The notes below the pieces were generated by a model. The model was not told the origin of the DNA. It saw only the letters and a list, made by a program, of their open reading frames with translations, and searched no databases. Shown here piece after piece: positions 14,030 to 53,179 of a stretch of DNA of 64,000 bases. The stretch lies in the NCBI GenBank assembly GCA_012295275.1, contig CM022667.1:682001-746000 (forward strand), written 5' to 3'. The DNA is from Chrysomallon squamiferum. Taxonomy: Eukaryota; Animalia; Mollusca. Position numbers and translations under genes: made by a program. How positions within the stretch are numbered: the stretch's first letter is position 1; every line of letters begins with the position of its first letter.

Positions 14030-14410
14030 AGCTGAATTTTAAAAGGACCATGCAGTTTGGTGATACTGTATAAAATACATATTATTAATAAAAAGTAGAG
14101 CTTTCGTTTCGTGTCTTTTTTTATTTCCTAAAACTACACTGTATTTGCCAAATGTACAAATGTATTATTAATAAACAGTAGAGCTTTTGTTTTGTGTCTT
14201 TTTTTCTTTTCCTAAAATCTGAATTATAAATGGCAATGCATTTTGTTAACACTGTATAAATATATTATTAATAAACAACCAAGCTTTTGTTTTATGTCTT
14301 TTTTATTTCCTACAAGCTGAATCATAAATGACAGTGCAGTTGGTAACTGTATAAATATAATGATAATAAATAGTTGTGCTTTTTTTTTTTTTATTATGTT
14401 TTTTTTTCTA
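14030..14410 (+). repeat. About four degenerate tandem copies of an AATAAA + GT/T-rich cassette; candidate poly(A) region of the NCOA5-like gene
   Basis: Variants of tattaataaa...gctt(t/c)gttt(t/c)(g/a)tgtctttttt at ~14083, 14165, 14265, and a weaker copy at ~14362. Confidence 0.6.
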
Positions 14411-16336
14411 AATTGTTTTTAAATTACATGGTAATTTTTTTATTATTTTTTTAAACTACAAGCATCTGTTTTTGTGAGAGTTGATGAACATTGTAAATAT
14501 TGTTCATGTGAATAAAAAAATATAAACAAGTACAGATGGTGTTTTTATTGTTTACTAATACTTTCAAGATAAACACACACACACATTTTAAAAAATAAAC
14601 ATTTGGCCAAATGTATATTGTCTGCTTCAACAGAAGTTAAAAAAAAAAAAAAAGAAAAAGTTCCTTCTAAAATGGCTGGGTCCATTAATCTGTCAGATTC
14701 CAAAAGAAAAATACTGTTCATATTTCACCATTTTTAAAAATTAATTAATGAACTTGTATACACGAAGCTCTTGCTAATAATAATAAGTTTACATGGTCAT
14801 CGTTTCCAAATAACAGTTTAATTAAAAATTGATCTTAGTACAAGGTGTGTATTTAAAATTTTAAATAAATGGTTCCATTTGATTCCATGCATGTCATATT
14901 CCATCAGTCAGGAAAAAGGCATTGAAGTAATTTATTTTATAATTATTATTCTTTTTATCTAATTATTTTTTTTAACGGGATCAGAATTCCAAAAAGATTA
15001 TAATAATTAGGAATAATAATAATTTTCAGTTTAAAAGAGTATTAATTCTCATTTCATTCTCACAAGTCGTAAAAAGTGAAAACAATTTCTTTCCTGGACC
15101 AGAAGACGAAGAATATTTTCATGTGTTTTTCTTCATTTTCTTTTTGGAAGAATTCATCATAGCAAACCAAGAAAAGGCAAAGGTGCATGACTTGTGTATC
15201 TTGTTATTTAAATTTTTTTGGCCATCTGATCTTTATTTCTTTGAAGATTAAAAACTTCAGATTAGTTTTAATTTCATATTGAGGTCTGAACTTCCAGTGC
15301 ATATTTACAATCAATGTAAGTTACTTTTGACTATATTATGGTCAGATGCATTTGTATTGTCAGTTTTCAAAGCAGAGAATTTATTTATTTATTTATTTTT
15401 TATTTTTATTTATTTTTTTTTTTTTTTTTTTTTTTTTTGAAGCCTTCTCTAGTGTAGTTTTGACTGGAAATAAATAAATAAATAATCGTGACCTAAAATT
15501 CATTTTTAAATAGATTGTTCCTTTTAGCTTATTTTTATAACTATAATGTTTATTCTTTATTGCCTCAAGTTCAGAAAAAATTTCCAATTGCTTTTCAATC
15601 CTCTTTGCTGCCTTTTTCCTCATTTTGGCTGGTAATTATCTCATTAGTAATATAGTTTGTCTTTATCATTTTTATAATTTGAAATTCATGATTTTTTTTT
15701 TTTTTTTTTCTCTTTTTCTTTTACCAGTCTAGTGCATGTTGATAAATAATAATAATAAATAATAATAATAATAAGAATTAAAAATAAATATAAGAAGCCT
15801 GTTGATTGTAAATAAAGGTTTTGAAAATAAATTTCAGAATAATGTTGACTTCAAAATAAAGCCATTTTGAATCTTAAAGGCCTTTTAATTTATGTAATGT
15901 AAAATTTAAAATAATAATAATAATAATAATAATATTAAAGAATAAATAAGAATATAAAGTAAACAAAAAATGGCCCATTAACGAGAAGAGGAAGTTTTTT
16001 AAAAGAATGAAAAATAGGGGAAGAGATAATTCAGTGTTTTCTCACAAGTCTTTTTAAATTGACTAAATAATGTTTTAATTGTTTTGAAAGGGAAAAATAA
16101 TTTGATCATAACTGAAATGTAGAAAATAGTCTTCTTTGTATTTTTGAGGTTGAGTGAACAGATTGAAAGTGCTGCTTCAGTGCAGTCAGGTGAGGCTGTA
16201 TGTTAGAATAGTACAGATGAAGATACTGAATTATTTAAATTTTAATTTAATTATTTAAAATTTTAAGACATGATCACACCAACTTTAATGAACTTCAAAA
16301 AATTAAAATGACTAATCAAATTTAAATCTTGTATAG

Positions 16337-16500
16337 ATCATGTTCAGCTTACTATAGATTGTGAATATGCTATATTAAATTATAATTACATTATAAACAC
16401 ATTTCTTTAAAAAAAAAGAAAAGATTATGTTCAGCTTATGATACATTATAAATATGCATATTAAATTCGAATTATATTATACACTCATTTCTTTAAAAAA
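16337..16500. repeat. Two-copy ~86-bp tandem duplication
   Basis: gat(c/t)atgttcagctta...catttctttaaaaaa occurs twice. Confidence 0.6.
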
Positions 16501-19231
16501 TAATATAAAAAATTAATATTGCAGATTGATAACCATCTTCATCTTTTATCAATATTGGAAGTACATGTGTATTAATAAAACACTGAATAAGTGTGAAAAC
16601 ACTAATAAGTGGAGATAGCATGTAATCTGTTGATTTTATAATAATGTGAATAAAAGACTGGTAATCTTTCTTGTGTTTGTTGTCTCTAGTACAGATTTAA
16701 ATTAAAATATGCTGCCAAACATGTAACCACAAATACAGTTTCCTTAAAATCAAAGCAATGCTTAAACTAAAATAAAGTGCAAGGAGAAAGAAACGAGCAG
16801 ACTGACATTTTGATTTACTGTGAAAGGAAAATCTGATCCCTGGACATGGAAGAAGATTGGTACAAAATGAAAATGAACTGGTTTAGAAGAAATAACACAA
16901 AATAAGCTGGCTTGACCAACACCATATCGGCTTGGAGAAGATTTTTTTTGTTGCTACCTTAACCCCTTGGAAGTCATTCACTGGCCACGATAAATTTCAG
17001 TTACAAGTGAATTTCTGGTTATATCATATTTCATCAGTCCCACTTGATGCTTGGATTTGACCAGCTTCTGTTGTAGTTTGCTGCAGATGGTGATGTGTAT
17101 AGCTTGGTGGTGAGGAGGATAAATGCCTGTGAAAGCAGATGCTGATAAATAGACTGGTTGTTGTATGTATATTGTAAATTCTGAATAATACTGTATTGGT
17201 GGGACAAAATAAATTTCATTCTACAGTGACCAGGTTTGAATCATTTGAATTGTGCCATTCTAGCAAGATAACAAGGCAGTTCAGAAGACACTTGTGCTGA
17301 CATCAATGAATTTCTGCAACAATCGGAATCACATTTCTTTCATTTTCAAAGTTATTATTTATTTTTTCCAATATTAATAGACACTGAATTTTCCACTGTC
17401 CAATAAGGTAATTCGAAATGTTTCAGGTTATGTACACAAAAACACAGACAGGAATTGTTTTTAATGAACTGGAAAGATTTTCAGGAAGCAGTAGTTATAT
17501 TTAAATGGTTTTTAATGAATTACTGAAAATCCGGAGGTTTACAGTTTAAACTGATGAAATTAAAAGTCACGTAATGAGTATTATTTTATTGTGTAAATAT
17601 ATACAGCTTCTTGATGTTTGGTTACCACAGAAATGTGATTTAATAAAATAAAAATTCTTAAATATTGTTGTTAAATTTATAAAATATATGTTGTTCAGTT
17701 GCTGAAGAGATCTTAATTTATAAACAATTTTCATTTTTTTAAATTGTTTTTTAAATATAAATTAATAACATGAGAACAGTGGTATTTTTTAAATTAATTT
17801 TGGATCTATAGATAAGGAGAGATATTTATATATTTTTTAATTATTATTGTATTCCTTTAAAGTATTTTATTTATTTATTTATTTATCAACTTTGTTTTCT
17901 TTGATAGCATCCTGAACAACTACTTATTTATTTCGAGATTACATGGTATATCTCTTGAATTAATGAGACCACAAGAAAGAAAACTATCAGCTATATATCC
18001 ATTAATTTTCATTTACTTTTATATATATATATTTCTTTCTTTATTTTTATTTTTATTTTTATTTATTTAGTTTTTTTGTTTAGTATTTTACAAAACTTGC
18101 ACAGTAAGCATTAGCTACACTGAAAAATAGTGATAGTTTTTGATACAGCAAACCTTGTTAACCTGTTACCTTAACAAAGCAAGGTTTTGCAAGGTCTTCC
18201 TCTGCAGTACTGTTTCCCTTATTCATTAACCTTTGAGCTATTAGCCCCTGGCTCCACCTACAGTTCATCAGCAAACATCTTTTAAGCCATAACAAGAAGA
18301 TGAATCCATGATTTAGGCATGATGACTGACCTAAGATTAATGCCTTTATATATCCATAATTCAACCTGATCTTGATTCCATCAATTGCTGCTAATTAAAA
18401 AAAAGAATAGCCCTTTATATGGCAGCAGTGGGTGGTCTTTTAACTTGCTATGTATATGGTTCTTTAATCACAGACATGATGGCATTGTAATCTCATTGAC
18501 AAAATACCCTTAAATTTCAAACATCTGCATTCGAGTTTAAAACAATTTAAATTGTGCTCAACAAATTTAGTGTTGTCTAAATCATAAAGAAAGAATTGCT
18601 ACTAAATTCTGAAATTACTTTTGAAATGGCCCTGAAAGTGTAATAAATAATAAAAAAGATTGATAGTTGTAATATTCTCTTCACACTGTCTGTCATGTCT
18701 ACTTGTAACATCTGCATTGTTTGATGCCTGATAAATACAAAACTACCTGGTTTGCCGTTGGATATACATATTACTTGCTTGTAAAAAAGACTAAATTCAT
18801 AATTCAGGGTGTGTGTGTATATATATATATACATACATTTGGCAGAGTGCATAAAGCACCCTCATACAAAAACTATATAAATCTCGGTTATATTCTTTAT
18901 TTCAAGATGATAGCGCAGTGTTATAGACAATGTATAATACGATGTAGATGATTTGCCCCAAACGTCTTTCTCCCTTGCCAGATATTCTCTCTCCTCTTTT
19001 GAACTATCTTTCACCCCAGTCACTCTTACAACATCCACATCCCTGACCAATATTTGCAGACTTTTACTGTTGTAGGTCTCTTAAGATAGCCCCAATATCC
19101 GTGTTTACCAATATATTAATGTCCCAAGTGTCTTGGAGGAAGTTTTTCAAGTATAAATATAAATAAACCTCAGATGCCTTAATGTTGTTTTAGTAAAATC
19201 AAAGATTATGGTTCAGTCCCTCACATATACA

Positions 19232-19310
19232 TACAGTGAAATTCTTCTAAACCAAACTGTCTATAAACTAAAATTCGCTCAAAACCAAACTTATTTCTTG
19301 GCTCCTTGAT
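19232..19310 (+). mobile_element. Possible pogo/Tigger-type MITE terminal fragment
   Basis: TA + CAGTGAAATTCTTCTAAACC followed by ctataaact/aaaaccaaac subrepeats resembles the ends of such elements; no partner end seen. Confidence 0.3.
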
Positions 19311-22279
19311 TTACACGTGTGCCTGTGTTTGTAGTATTTTATTTATCAGCTGCAAACAAATGTACTTCACCATCTGTAGATTGATATGGCCCCAGGCCCC
19401 TGTATATTATTGCCTTGGTCTGCATAAACTGAAGTTTTGTTTATTTTTGGTAGTCATGTAGTTTGTTAATATGTGGATGAAATATACTTTTCTGATAATA
19501 TGCTGGTGTCTGTAATGTGTTTATTGATATACCAAATAATTTATGAAAAAAAAAACAACCAGAAAAGCCGTTTTTCTTGGAAATAGGAAATTCACAGTAC
19601 ATCAAACAGGTATATGGATACACAGCCACATACTAAGCTTTAGAGGAGTGACAAAAAATTTGATTTTGGCTTTATGTATATGTATATGTATATATACATA
19701 TATAGATAGATATGTATTATCTGTTGCATCCAGTAACAAAATTGAAAAATATTAATCCTAAGGTATATTTTAGAGCATTTTTTTTTTATTTTTTATTTTT
19801 TTATTTTTTTGCTGGTATCCTGATTTTCTGAGAAAAAGACAAAATATTTTGGTACTTTACCATCTGCCAAATTTATGAATGAGATATCAAAATGAAGCTT
19901 ACAAACTCAGAAATCTGAAAACATCCATAACTTTTATCAGCCAAAATGTAAATTGTTTTCAAAAAATGTTTTGCTGATCTGGATATTTCTCATAATTATA
20001 AGCCCTTTGAAACTGTTCATTTAAGAATAAAGATACCTTTATAACGTTTTGAATTTATTGATGTGAATTCAAGTGAAATGATACATTGTTTTAAACTTTT
20101 TTTTTTTTTACATTTATTTTTATTTTATGTCAGTGAAAAAACATTGTAAAACAGTAAATAATGATTTGCTTTTTGCTTTATTTTATATATATATATATTT
20201 TATGTTAATAATTTCCTGCTGAATGTGAATTTATGAATGAACTGATCCTTATGATAAAAGATTTATTGCAGTTAAAACAATATTTCATCTGAATGACTTT
20301 ATTTTTGTACAAGAAAAATAAATGACCTTTTTGTAGCATTTTTTAAAAATAAAACATAAAACTTTTTGCATTGAATGTAAAATAAAAAAAAAATAAAAAA
20401 ATAAAAAATTGATTATTCTGTTTAAAATTGCACAAGTAGAAAGTTTTATGTACATAACAGTCATGATTTGTGAATGTTACAATTTCTGTTTTAAATTTAG
20501 GATTTGGTTGACTTGTAACATTGATTTTAGATATTTTATCTTTATTTTAATTCTAATTGTCAAACAGTTAAAATTATTATAAATATTTTAAACTTGTTTG
20601 ATAAATTTGAAGGTGTGATTCTGAAGTTTCAAGATGGCTCCTGTTAAAAATAAATATGACTCGACACCAAAAAAACAAATTGGTCAAAGTTGCAAGCAGC
20701 CATTATGAAACTACATCTCAGTTTGTCTGTTGATGTGTGATATAATTTTTTAAAATTTTATGGTCATTAACTTTTAAAAATAATTTTGAAAATTTTGAAA
20801 TTTATTCTGGTTTTCTCATGCAGCAACTCGTATGTTTGTCTTGGTATTAATTACCAATATCCCTTAAAAAAAAAAGTCAGCTTGTTGTTGTCATTTCCAT
20901 TCCTAAATTTTCTTTGAAACTGCATTATTTGGTTGTATCTCTATCTCTTACTGTCCTGTTGACCCATAATAAAACAGGACATAGTCACAAGGAGATAGAT
21001 GGTTTGTATTATGCAACATGGGGCATAAACACTGGTGCATCAACATCTTAAAACTTGCTGATTAAAAGTAGCCATTAGCAATCAGTATGTTATTTTTATT
21101 ATTCTGCTTTCTTAAAGGCATTAGTTTAAGATTGCTGATTTACTATTAATCTTTTTGGCCAGCATGTTTTTTTTGTTGTTTTTTGAAAAGAAATAAGGGC
21201 AGATATTTGGATCAGTCTGTCCCATGGTATTATACAGAGTTTCCATTCTAACGAACCAGTTGAAGGCAAACAGTACTGCAAGAAGTCTTAATTGGTTTTC
21301 ACAATAGTATTTGGTTATATCCACAGAAGGATTGTCAAAGGTGGTTGTATGCAGTTTCCTATTTGAAAAGATGATACACAAGATGATATTTATTGCTGAA
21401 AACAGCAACATGTAGAGCACAGATTCCAAACTGGTGTTCTTTCACAGAATTTTATGAAGATGTAAATAAATGATGGTAATAAATGGTGACAGTTTATTCA
21501 CAAGAGGTATTAGTTTCATACAGTTGAAAATTTTCAGCTATAAAATAGCTAGATTTTAAAACCTGAATTAGCATTTTGAAACAATTTAATTAAGCAATCA
21601 TGTTAGTTTCATTTCAACTCATAAGTAAACAAAGACTAGCTTCAAAAGCTTCAAGACAAAATTTATTTATTAAATACAAAAACAACTTTGTTGGTAAATC
21701 CAGTGTGAATTTAAAAAAATGAAATATGGTAACAAATTTTCAAACTGAAATGCTGCAAAATTCTGGTTGCCTTCTACAAAGTTTCTACAAAGAGATTAGA
21801 AAACTGATGACCAATAATTAAAATTAACATGTTTACGCTTTTGTTAAAAAAATTCAGTTTTATTCTCATTGATCTATTAATTGTCTAGATAGTCAGAATA
21901 TTCACAAAATGCCTCTATTTTAACATTTAAAACAAAAATATCATTATCTGTCTGCATCAATCCAGGAAGGATGTTGCAAGTGTGTCAGTGGTAGAGTAGT
22001 ATCTGCTGATGGTTTGCTGGGTTGTTGGTTCAGTCCCTTCTGATGGACACATTGAGTTATTTCTTTTTGAGTGGTATGAAAAAAACCTAGCTGAGCACTA
22101 GTTAAATTTCTTTCCTTCCTGCCTTCTAGACAGGATGTGTAGTTAACACATCTTGTTTTCTTCACATAGAAAACATTTCATTTCCAAAATAGCTTTAAAA
22201 AATTATTTGTTATTCCTAGATGATTATAATGATCATGATAATGATTAACAATGTAAAGAAATAAACATTATAATGGTAC

Positions 22280-22316
<37 letters not shown>

Positions 22317-22635
22317 CTGTCATCATTGTTTTTATTATTTATTATCATTGTTAGTTTTATTTGTTATTTCTCTGTTCACTATTATTTATTTGTTTTAAAC
22401 AGACTGGTACTTGGAGACATAATGCAGAACTGAAAGGGAAAAGAAATGCCTGCTGCATCAAAGTACAAAAATATTTCTGTTACCATCACAGCTGAAGTAA
22501 GTACATTACTTTATAACTGTTTATTAATTTATTGTTTTAAATTTTTTTTAATTATTAACAGAAACTGTTTAAGTTCCAATAAGATCATTTTATATCTGTA
22601 TGTATATATATATATATATGTATGTATGCACTTGT

Positions 22636-22677
<42 letters not shown>

Positions 22678-24160
22678 CACATCAAACAATTCATACCTTC
22701 TCTAAACCAAATAGTCAAGTTATTCTATTCATTCCAATGCACCAAAACTAAACATTTACAATATGATGTTGTCATAGTAACATAATACTTTACAATATTA
22801 TTCAGTCAGTCCATAAAATCACATTTCCAAAGTACATTTCAAAACAGATTTCATTTTTTTTTAAATTATTATTAATGTTACTGTCATTAATATTATCATT
22901 ATCATCATTATTATCTAATTTTTTTTTTTTTTTAATTTAATTTTTAAAATTTTTAAATTTTTTTAGGTGGATGATGAATATGCATGAGACACAGAGCTGT
23001 AAATAAATAATGATTCTGTTATGAATAAAATTCAACTAAGGTAATTATGACTGTTAGTTTTAAATCACTTTGGACACAAGAAACATAGTTTCTGACTGGA
23101 TTAGAATTAACATGTGATGCAGATATTTCTGTTGTTAATAATATATTAATATTTTAATAAAGTTTTACAATAAAACTCATTAAGAGAGACATTTTGATTT
23201 GATATATATTTTATTTCATACATTACAATAACATAGTGGGTTGTTTATTTAAATTTAATTATTTTATTTTTTAATTGTTTTATTTTTTTTTGTGCATTAC
23301 ATTTCACAACCATTTTACATTATAATCATCACCATCATTACATGAATATGATGTTATCTTTAAAAACTTCACATGAAGATGCAGAATAACAATATTTAAT
23401 ATAGAAAAATAGCACAGCAAGCAGAACTAATGGTTATTACATGTATCCTACTGCAATATATGTTGTTGTAACAAATACATGTATATATACACACATCAAC
23501 AACATACAACCATGACCTGAAATACAACAGAGACATTTGCTCTCAGTACATAAATGAAACAGCAGATAGTAAATGACACAATGCAAAATATAAAACCTGT
23601 AGTGTATTGCGTTAATCTGAATGCAGATTTCAACAAACGAGCCACTTTGTGTGATCTTTTCATAACAAATATTTTTACTTAACAGTCACAGCAGTTGGTT
23701 TCTAAATATCTAAATGATTTATTGCAAATACATATGCATCTATATTAATATGTATATATGTATGTATATATATTTATTTCTTAATTTACTTTTTTTTGTT
23801 TTCCCCCCAGGTTATCAGCATCTAATATATGACAAATCAGAGCAGTGTAAGCAAATTGATTCTGTTCTGGTATTTACAATTTTTCTTTATTTCTTTATGT
23901 TATTACCCAATATATATATATATATAATTTTTCTTTTTATTATTATAACTTTTTTTTTACCCCATTTATTATTATAATTTTTTATTCCCACTGTATTAAT
24001 TCCATCTCATTCTTTAAGCCAATATAAAAATGAAACATTAAAAAGGTTTAATTTTTTATATTTGTAATAAATATAACTATAAAATTTGGAAACTTGTACA
24101 TTGATGATTAGCAGTTCAGTGAGTTTTATTGGTTATTACTATTGTGTTACATCTCATTAC

Positions 24161-24163
<3 letters not shown>

Positions 24164-24256
<93 letters not shown>
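24164..24256. repeat. (TG)n microsatellite in the 3' UTR region of the minus-strand gene
   Basis: Direct inspection. Confidence 0.95.
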
Positions 24257-24259
<3 letters not shown>

Positions 24260-24663
24260 ATACAGACTGTTAAATTAGATCCATGAAAATTATATTTTAT
24301 ACTGATCTAAAACATTTTTGTAACCAATAAATTAATAAACATAATTATGAATAAATTTATTTCATTTTGTTTTATTTACTATTAAGAATTATTTTGATAT
24401 AAATAATTCTTCTTGTGTTTTTTTTTCCTTTATTGTTGTTCCACTTTCAAATACAGTGTAGTAAAATACAATTGCACAGTATAAAAAAAAACTTTCAATT
24501 TAGATATTTAAGTACCTAGCAAAATATTTTAGAACATTTATTTTGGCTAATAATTATTATATTATGAATTTCAACAAAAAATTATTTTAATGCTGAAATT
24601 GTGAAAAATCATTTTAGTATGGAAATAAGGAATCATCATTTCAGCATGGAAATTACACAAAAA

Positions 24664-49123
<24,460 letters not shown>

Positions 49124-50097
49124 TGTCCTCTTTTAGTGATTCATCTGAAAACAATGACATTTTATTATAATAAATATATTTGTATCTGTATATATGTACA
49201 TAAAGATTTACACACACACACATACTTACTCACAAACATCCTCTCCATATACACATACATATATATAAACATAAATCCATTCATCCATCCATCCATCCAA
49301 ATTTAGACCCCCATCCACACCCATACACACACATACACACTACACACAATCACACACACACACAAACACACACACACACACATACATAAACACACAAACA
49401 CACACACATTCATACATACATACACACATCAACTTAAAAGTAAACAAGAATATATCTGGATTATTTGTATGCCAATGGATATCTTTTACTTACAACATTA
49501 AAACTGGTGAAGATGTGTGATAATTATTTAATTATAACATTGTAATATTTTTTTTAGTTATCATGATGATAGGTATCTTGAATTAAAAATAAAATGTATT
49601 ATATCTTTACAGCTGCTTTAACCATTTGAATGGTTTTCTTGAGGAGATACTGCAGCACATACCTTTAACTTTCGTACATTACTTGTGATTTGGTAAATAA
49701 AACCAATTATTTTTTCAATTATTATAAAATTTACACTTATGTAAAATAAAAAAATGATGAGAAATTTAATATATTATTCTCAATCACGTTACACCCACAA
49801 AAAGAATTTTTATTTGTTTATTTTAATAACCTATATTGATTATTTGATATGTCCTTCATAAGCTATAAAATAAAAAAGCACAAGAAAAAATAGTAATTAT
49901 GAATAATTAAATAAGAAGAATTTAATAACATCAGTAATTTAATACATACATGAAGAAACACATCACACACACAAAAAAACTTCTCACTAACTTTTTCATA
50001 TCTAAAAATAAAGATTTTATCAAACAAAAAACACATTTAATTAAAAAATAATAACAACAATTAATTAAAAATAATAGTAATTAACTGTAATACATAC

Positions 50098-50278
50098 CAT
50101 AATCATTTCCACAAACCAGTAAGCCAGCACTTTGGTAAAAAAAAACAGTCCATGAAAAAAAAATAATAATCACCAATCCTCTTGTGCCAAACCAGCTCTG
50201 TCTAACTCAGGCTTATTTATTGTCTGTAACAATTAACATGCTTGCAAAGATAACAGCCACTCCAGACAACAGAAACAC
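50098..50278 (-). other. Candidate 5' UTR exon of the SVEP1-like gene
   Basis: attgcag| ... |gtatgt on -. The first coding exon begins at an acceptor (49144), so an upstream exon is expected. Confidence 0.3.
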
Positions 50279-50687
50279 CTGCAATATGACACTGCCTGGG
50301 AAAACAATGGAAACCAGAGGTGCAGCAACAAACTAAAATAATTTATGTGTCACCTTTACCCCCATCACACATTCCACACCTTCACTTTAAGAATAAAACT
50401 GGAATATTGCACATAAGTGTGATAATTAAAATATTACACAGACGCACACACACAAACACACACACACACACAATGAAGTGATTTATTTAAAAATGTGTGT
50501 TTTTGTTTAGATAGTGAAGGTGTGGATTAAAACAATAAAAAAAATTGAAGAAATAAGAATAGTGACAACAATCTTGATAATAAAACGTCAGCAACTGTAA
50601 CAGCAGCAACAGCAGTAGTGCCAGCATGAACCATAATGTGCAGACACTAATGACAATAATAAATATAAAAACAACAACAACAACAAC

Positions 50688-50729
<42 letters not shown>

Positions 50730-51535
50730 ACTACTACTACTACTACTACTACTAATAATAATAATAATAATAATAATAATTACAATTATTATGACAGTAA
50801 TAACAATAATGATGGTAATAATGACAATGATGATATTATTAATAATAGTGATAATGATGATGATGATAAAAACAACAACAATAAAATATATATCAGTAAT
50901 AATTTATTTTCAATAATAAAAATAATTACAACAAAAGCAGCATCAATAACTAAAGTAATAACAACAAAATTGCAACAATAATAAAAACAGTACTAAAATG
51001 ATTTTCTGTTTTTTTTTCGTTTTGTTTAAAATAAATAAATAAATAAATTAATTAATTAATATCAGCAATGAAGTACATCTTTTAAAAAAAGAAAAAAAGA
51101 ACAACAACCCAGAATATAAACCTCTTTCATTTGTAACAGAACAGAGTAAAGACAAATGAAAAGTTATAATTTCACTAATTAATTCAATGGGGAATGTCAG
51201 TGAAACATGGACTTTTTATAAATGGCCGCCAAAATTCCTGAAAGGTGATGTGAGCAAAACACACAAAATATGGAACATTTCTAGGATTAAAGGAATATCT
51301 AGGAATAAATACAAACAAGGAATGTTTTTTTCTTTTTTTCACTATTTTTTTTTTCTTATTTTATTAATTAATTAATTAATTAATGTATTTGTTTGATTGT
51401 TTGTCTGTTGTTGTGGTTTCTGTTTATTAATTTTTGTACAGAAATATGTAACTTTTAAGGATGTACTGAAAGATTTTAGTATTTTTCTTTAATATGAAGT
51501 TGAGAAAGATGTTTATATTTGTATGCTATGCTATG

Positions 51536-51578
<43 letters not shown>

Positions 51579-51625
51579 TATATATATAGACTTATGTGCT
51601 GAAAAGGATCTTTAAAATATATACA

Positions 51626-51654
51626 CAGGGTGGTCCAAAAGTAGGTGGACAGTA
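51626..51654 (+). mobile_element. Tc1/mariner-like terminal repeat fragment
   Basis: CAGGGTGGTCCAAAAGTAGG after a TA-rich run resembles mariner-type TIRs; no partner TIR or transposase seen. Confidence 0.35.
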
Positions 51655-51850
51655 AATGATAACATTTATTCTGAGATTACTTTTTGAGATAATCTGAAAA
51701 GAAAACAGATTAAATTTAAATAACTGTAGTTATAAAATTTAAATAATATAGCCCAAATACCATAGTTGTAATGAACACCATTGTAATAATATAACCCTGA
51801 CCCAGTTAATGCCAAATATTAAAATGTGTTGATGTTTTGCTAAGCAGTAT

Positions 51851-51881
<31 letters not shown>

Positions 51882-52963
51882 GTTTATCTAGATCTCTGTA
51901 AGTCTGAGGATGGATTGATATAAATTTATTCTGCAACAAAGAAAACTTGTTTTGGAATTTGCTTCACAAGGGAGACAACTCTAGAAGCGTTAATAAACAG
52001 GAGTAACAAACAAAACAACGGAAAAAATATTTTTAAAAATATTTCTTTTATTAGATTATTATTATTTTTTTTATTATTATTATATTTTACTTAATGCATA
52101 AAATATTTATTTTATTAGATTTTTGGGGGGTTAAACTGATAAAACGAAAATTCCCATTTTTTTTTTTGCCTTAAATAAAAACGTCAATTACGAAGCTGTG
52201 TTAAAAGTTCACAAAACAAACGGTAGGGAGGCCACTCTTTCAGACGCAGCTAAAACTGTAGTGGGGGGCTCTTCCCGTTATGACACCTGCTTCTCATAAC
52301 ATCTACTGAGGTATCATGTTGCCAGTGTCTGGTGTCTGGATGCCAACCCCCCACAGACTGACCAGACCTCTACGTCAAGTTCATCACAAGTGCTACATCC
52401 CGTAATCTCTTTTTGACGGTCCTTCCAGTTTGACCAGTCGCGTCGTTAGACCTGTTTAGAACGAAAAGAAACGCGATGATCTTCAAAACTAATTTTTGAT
52501 TTATGTGGGTACCATCTGTTTGATGCAGAATAGCCTCTGTAGAATGAAAAGATGTATTTGAATGTTTTTGGTTGTTTTGATAATACTGTGGTATTCGAGT
52601 TTGTTGTTAATGTTGTCGTCGTTGTTGTTGTATTGTTTTTATTGTTACATTTGTGTTTTTTTACTATTATTGTTGTTGTGTTGCTATTATAGTTGTTATA
52701 ATGTTGTTGTTACTATATGAACAAGGGGTAAAAATAATAAAATTATTCAAGTTATTTTCTTTCATAATCGTCATCATCATCATCATAAAGAAAATTACAA
52801 TCTCTCTACGACTTTACTTTCTCCCTATTTCTTTCAGACCTACAAAAACTTTATTTTACTTTATTAAATTTTTAAATTTTATTTATGTATTTGTTATTAA
52901 AACTGAAAAACATGTGTCAAAAAAAAAAAAAAAAAAAAAAAACACAAACATTATTTCCAAAGT

Positions 52964-53002
<39 letters not shown>

Positions 53003-53179
53003 TATATATAAAAATAAAATAAAATATTTGGCAAATTAATTTAAAAAAAAAAAAATAATAATAATAATATAAAACAGAATATATAAAAAATAAAATAAAA
53101 TAAATACATAATAAATTCTAAAAACAAATCACTCATTTCCTCATTCGTTTTCCGTGTGGTATTTGCTTTCAGCACTCAC

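Noticed and set aside
21121-21429. 102-aa minus ORF
   Set aside because: Non-ATG start, no recognisable domain and no convincing splice sites.
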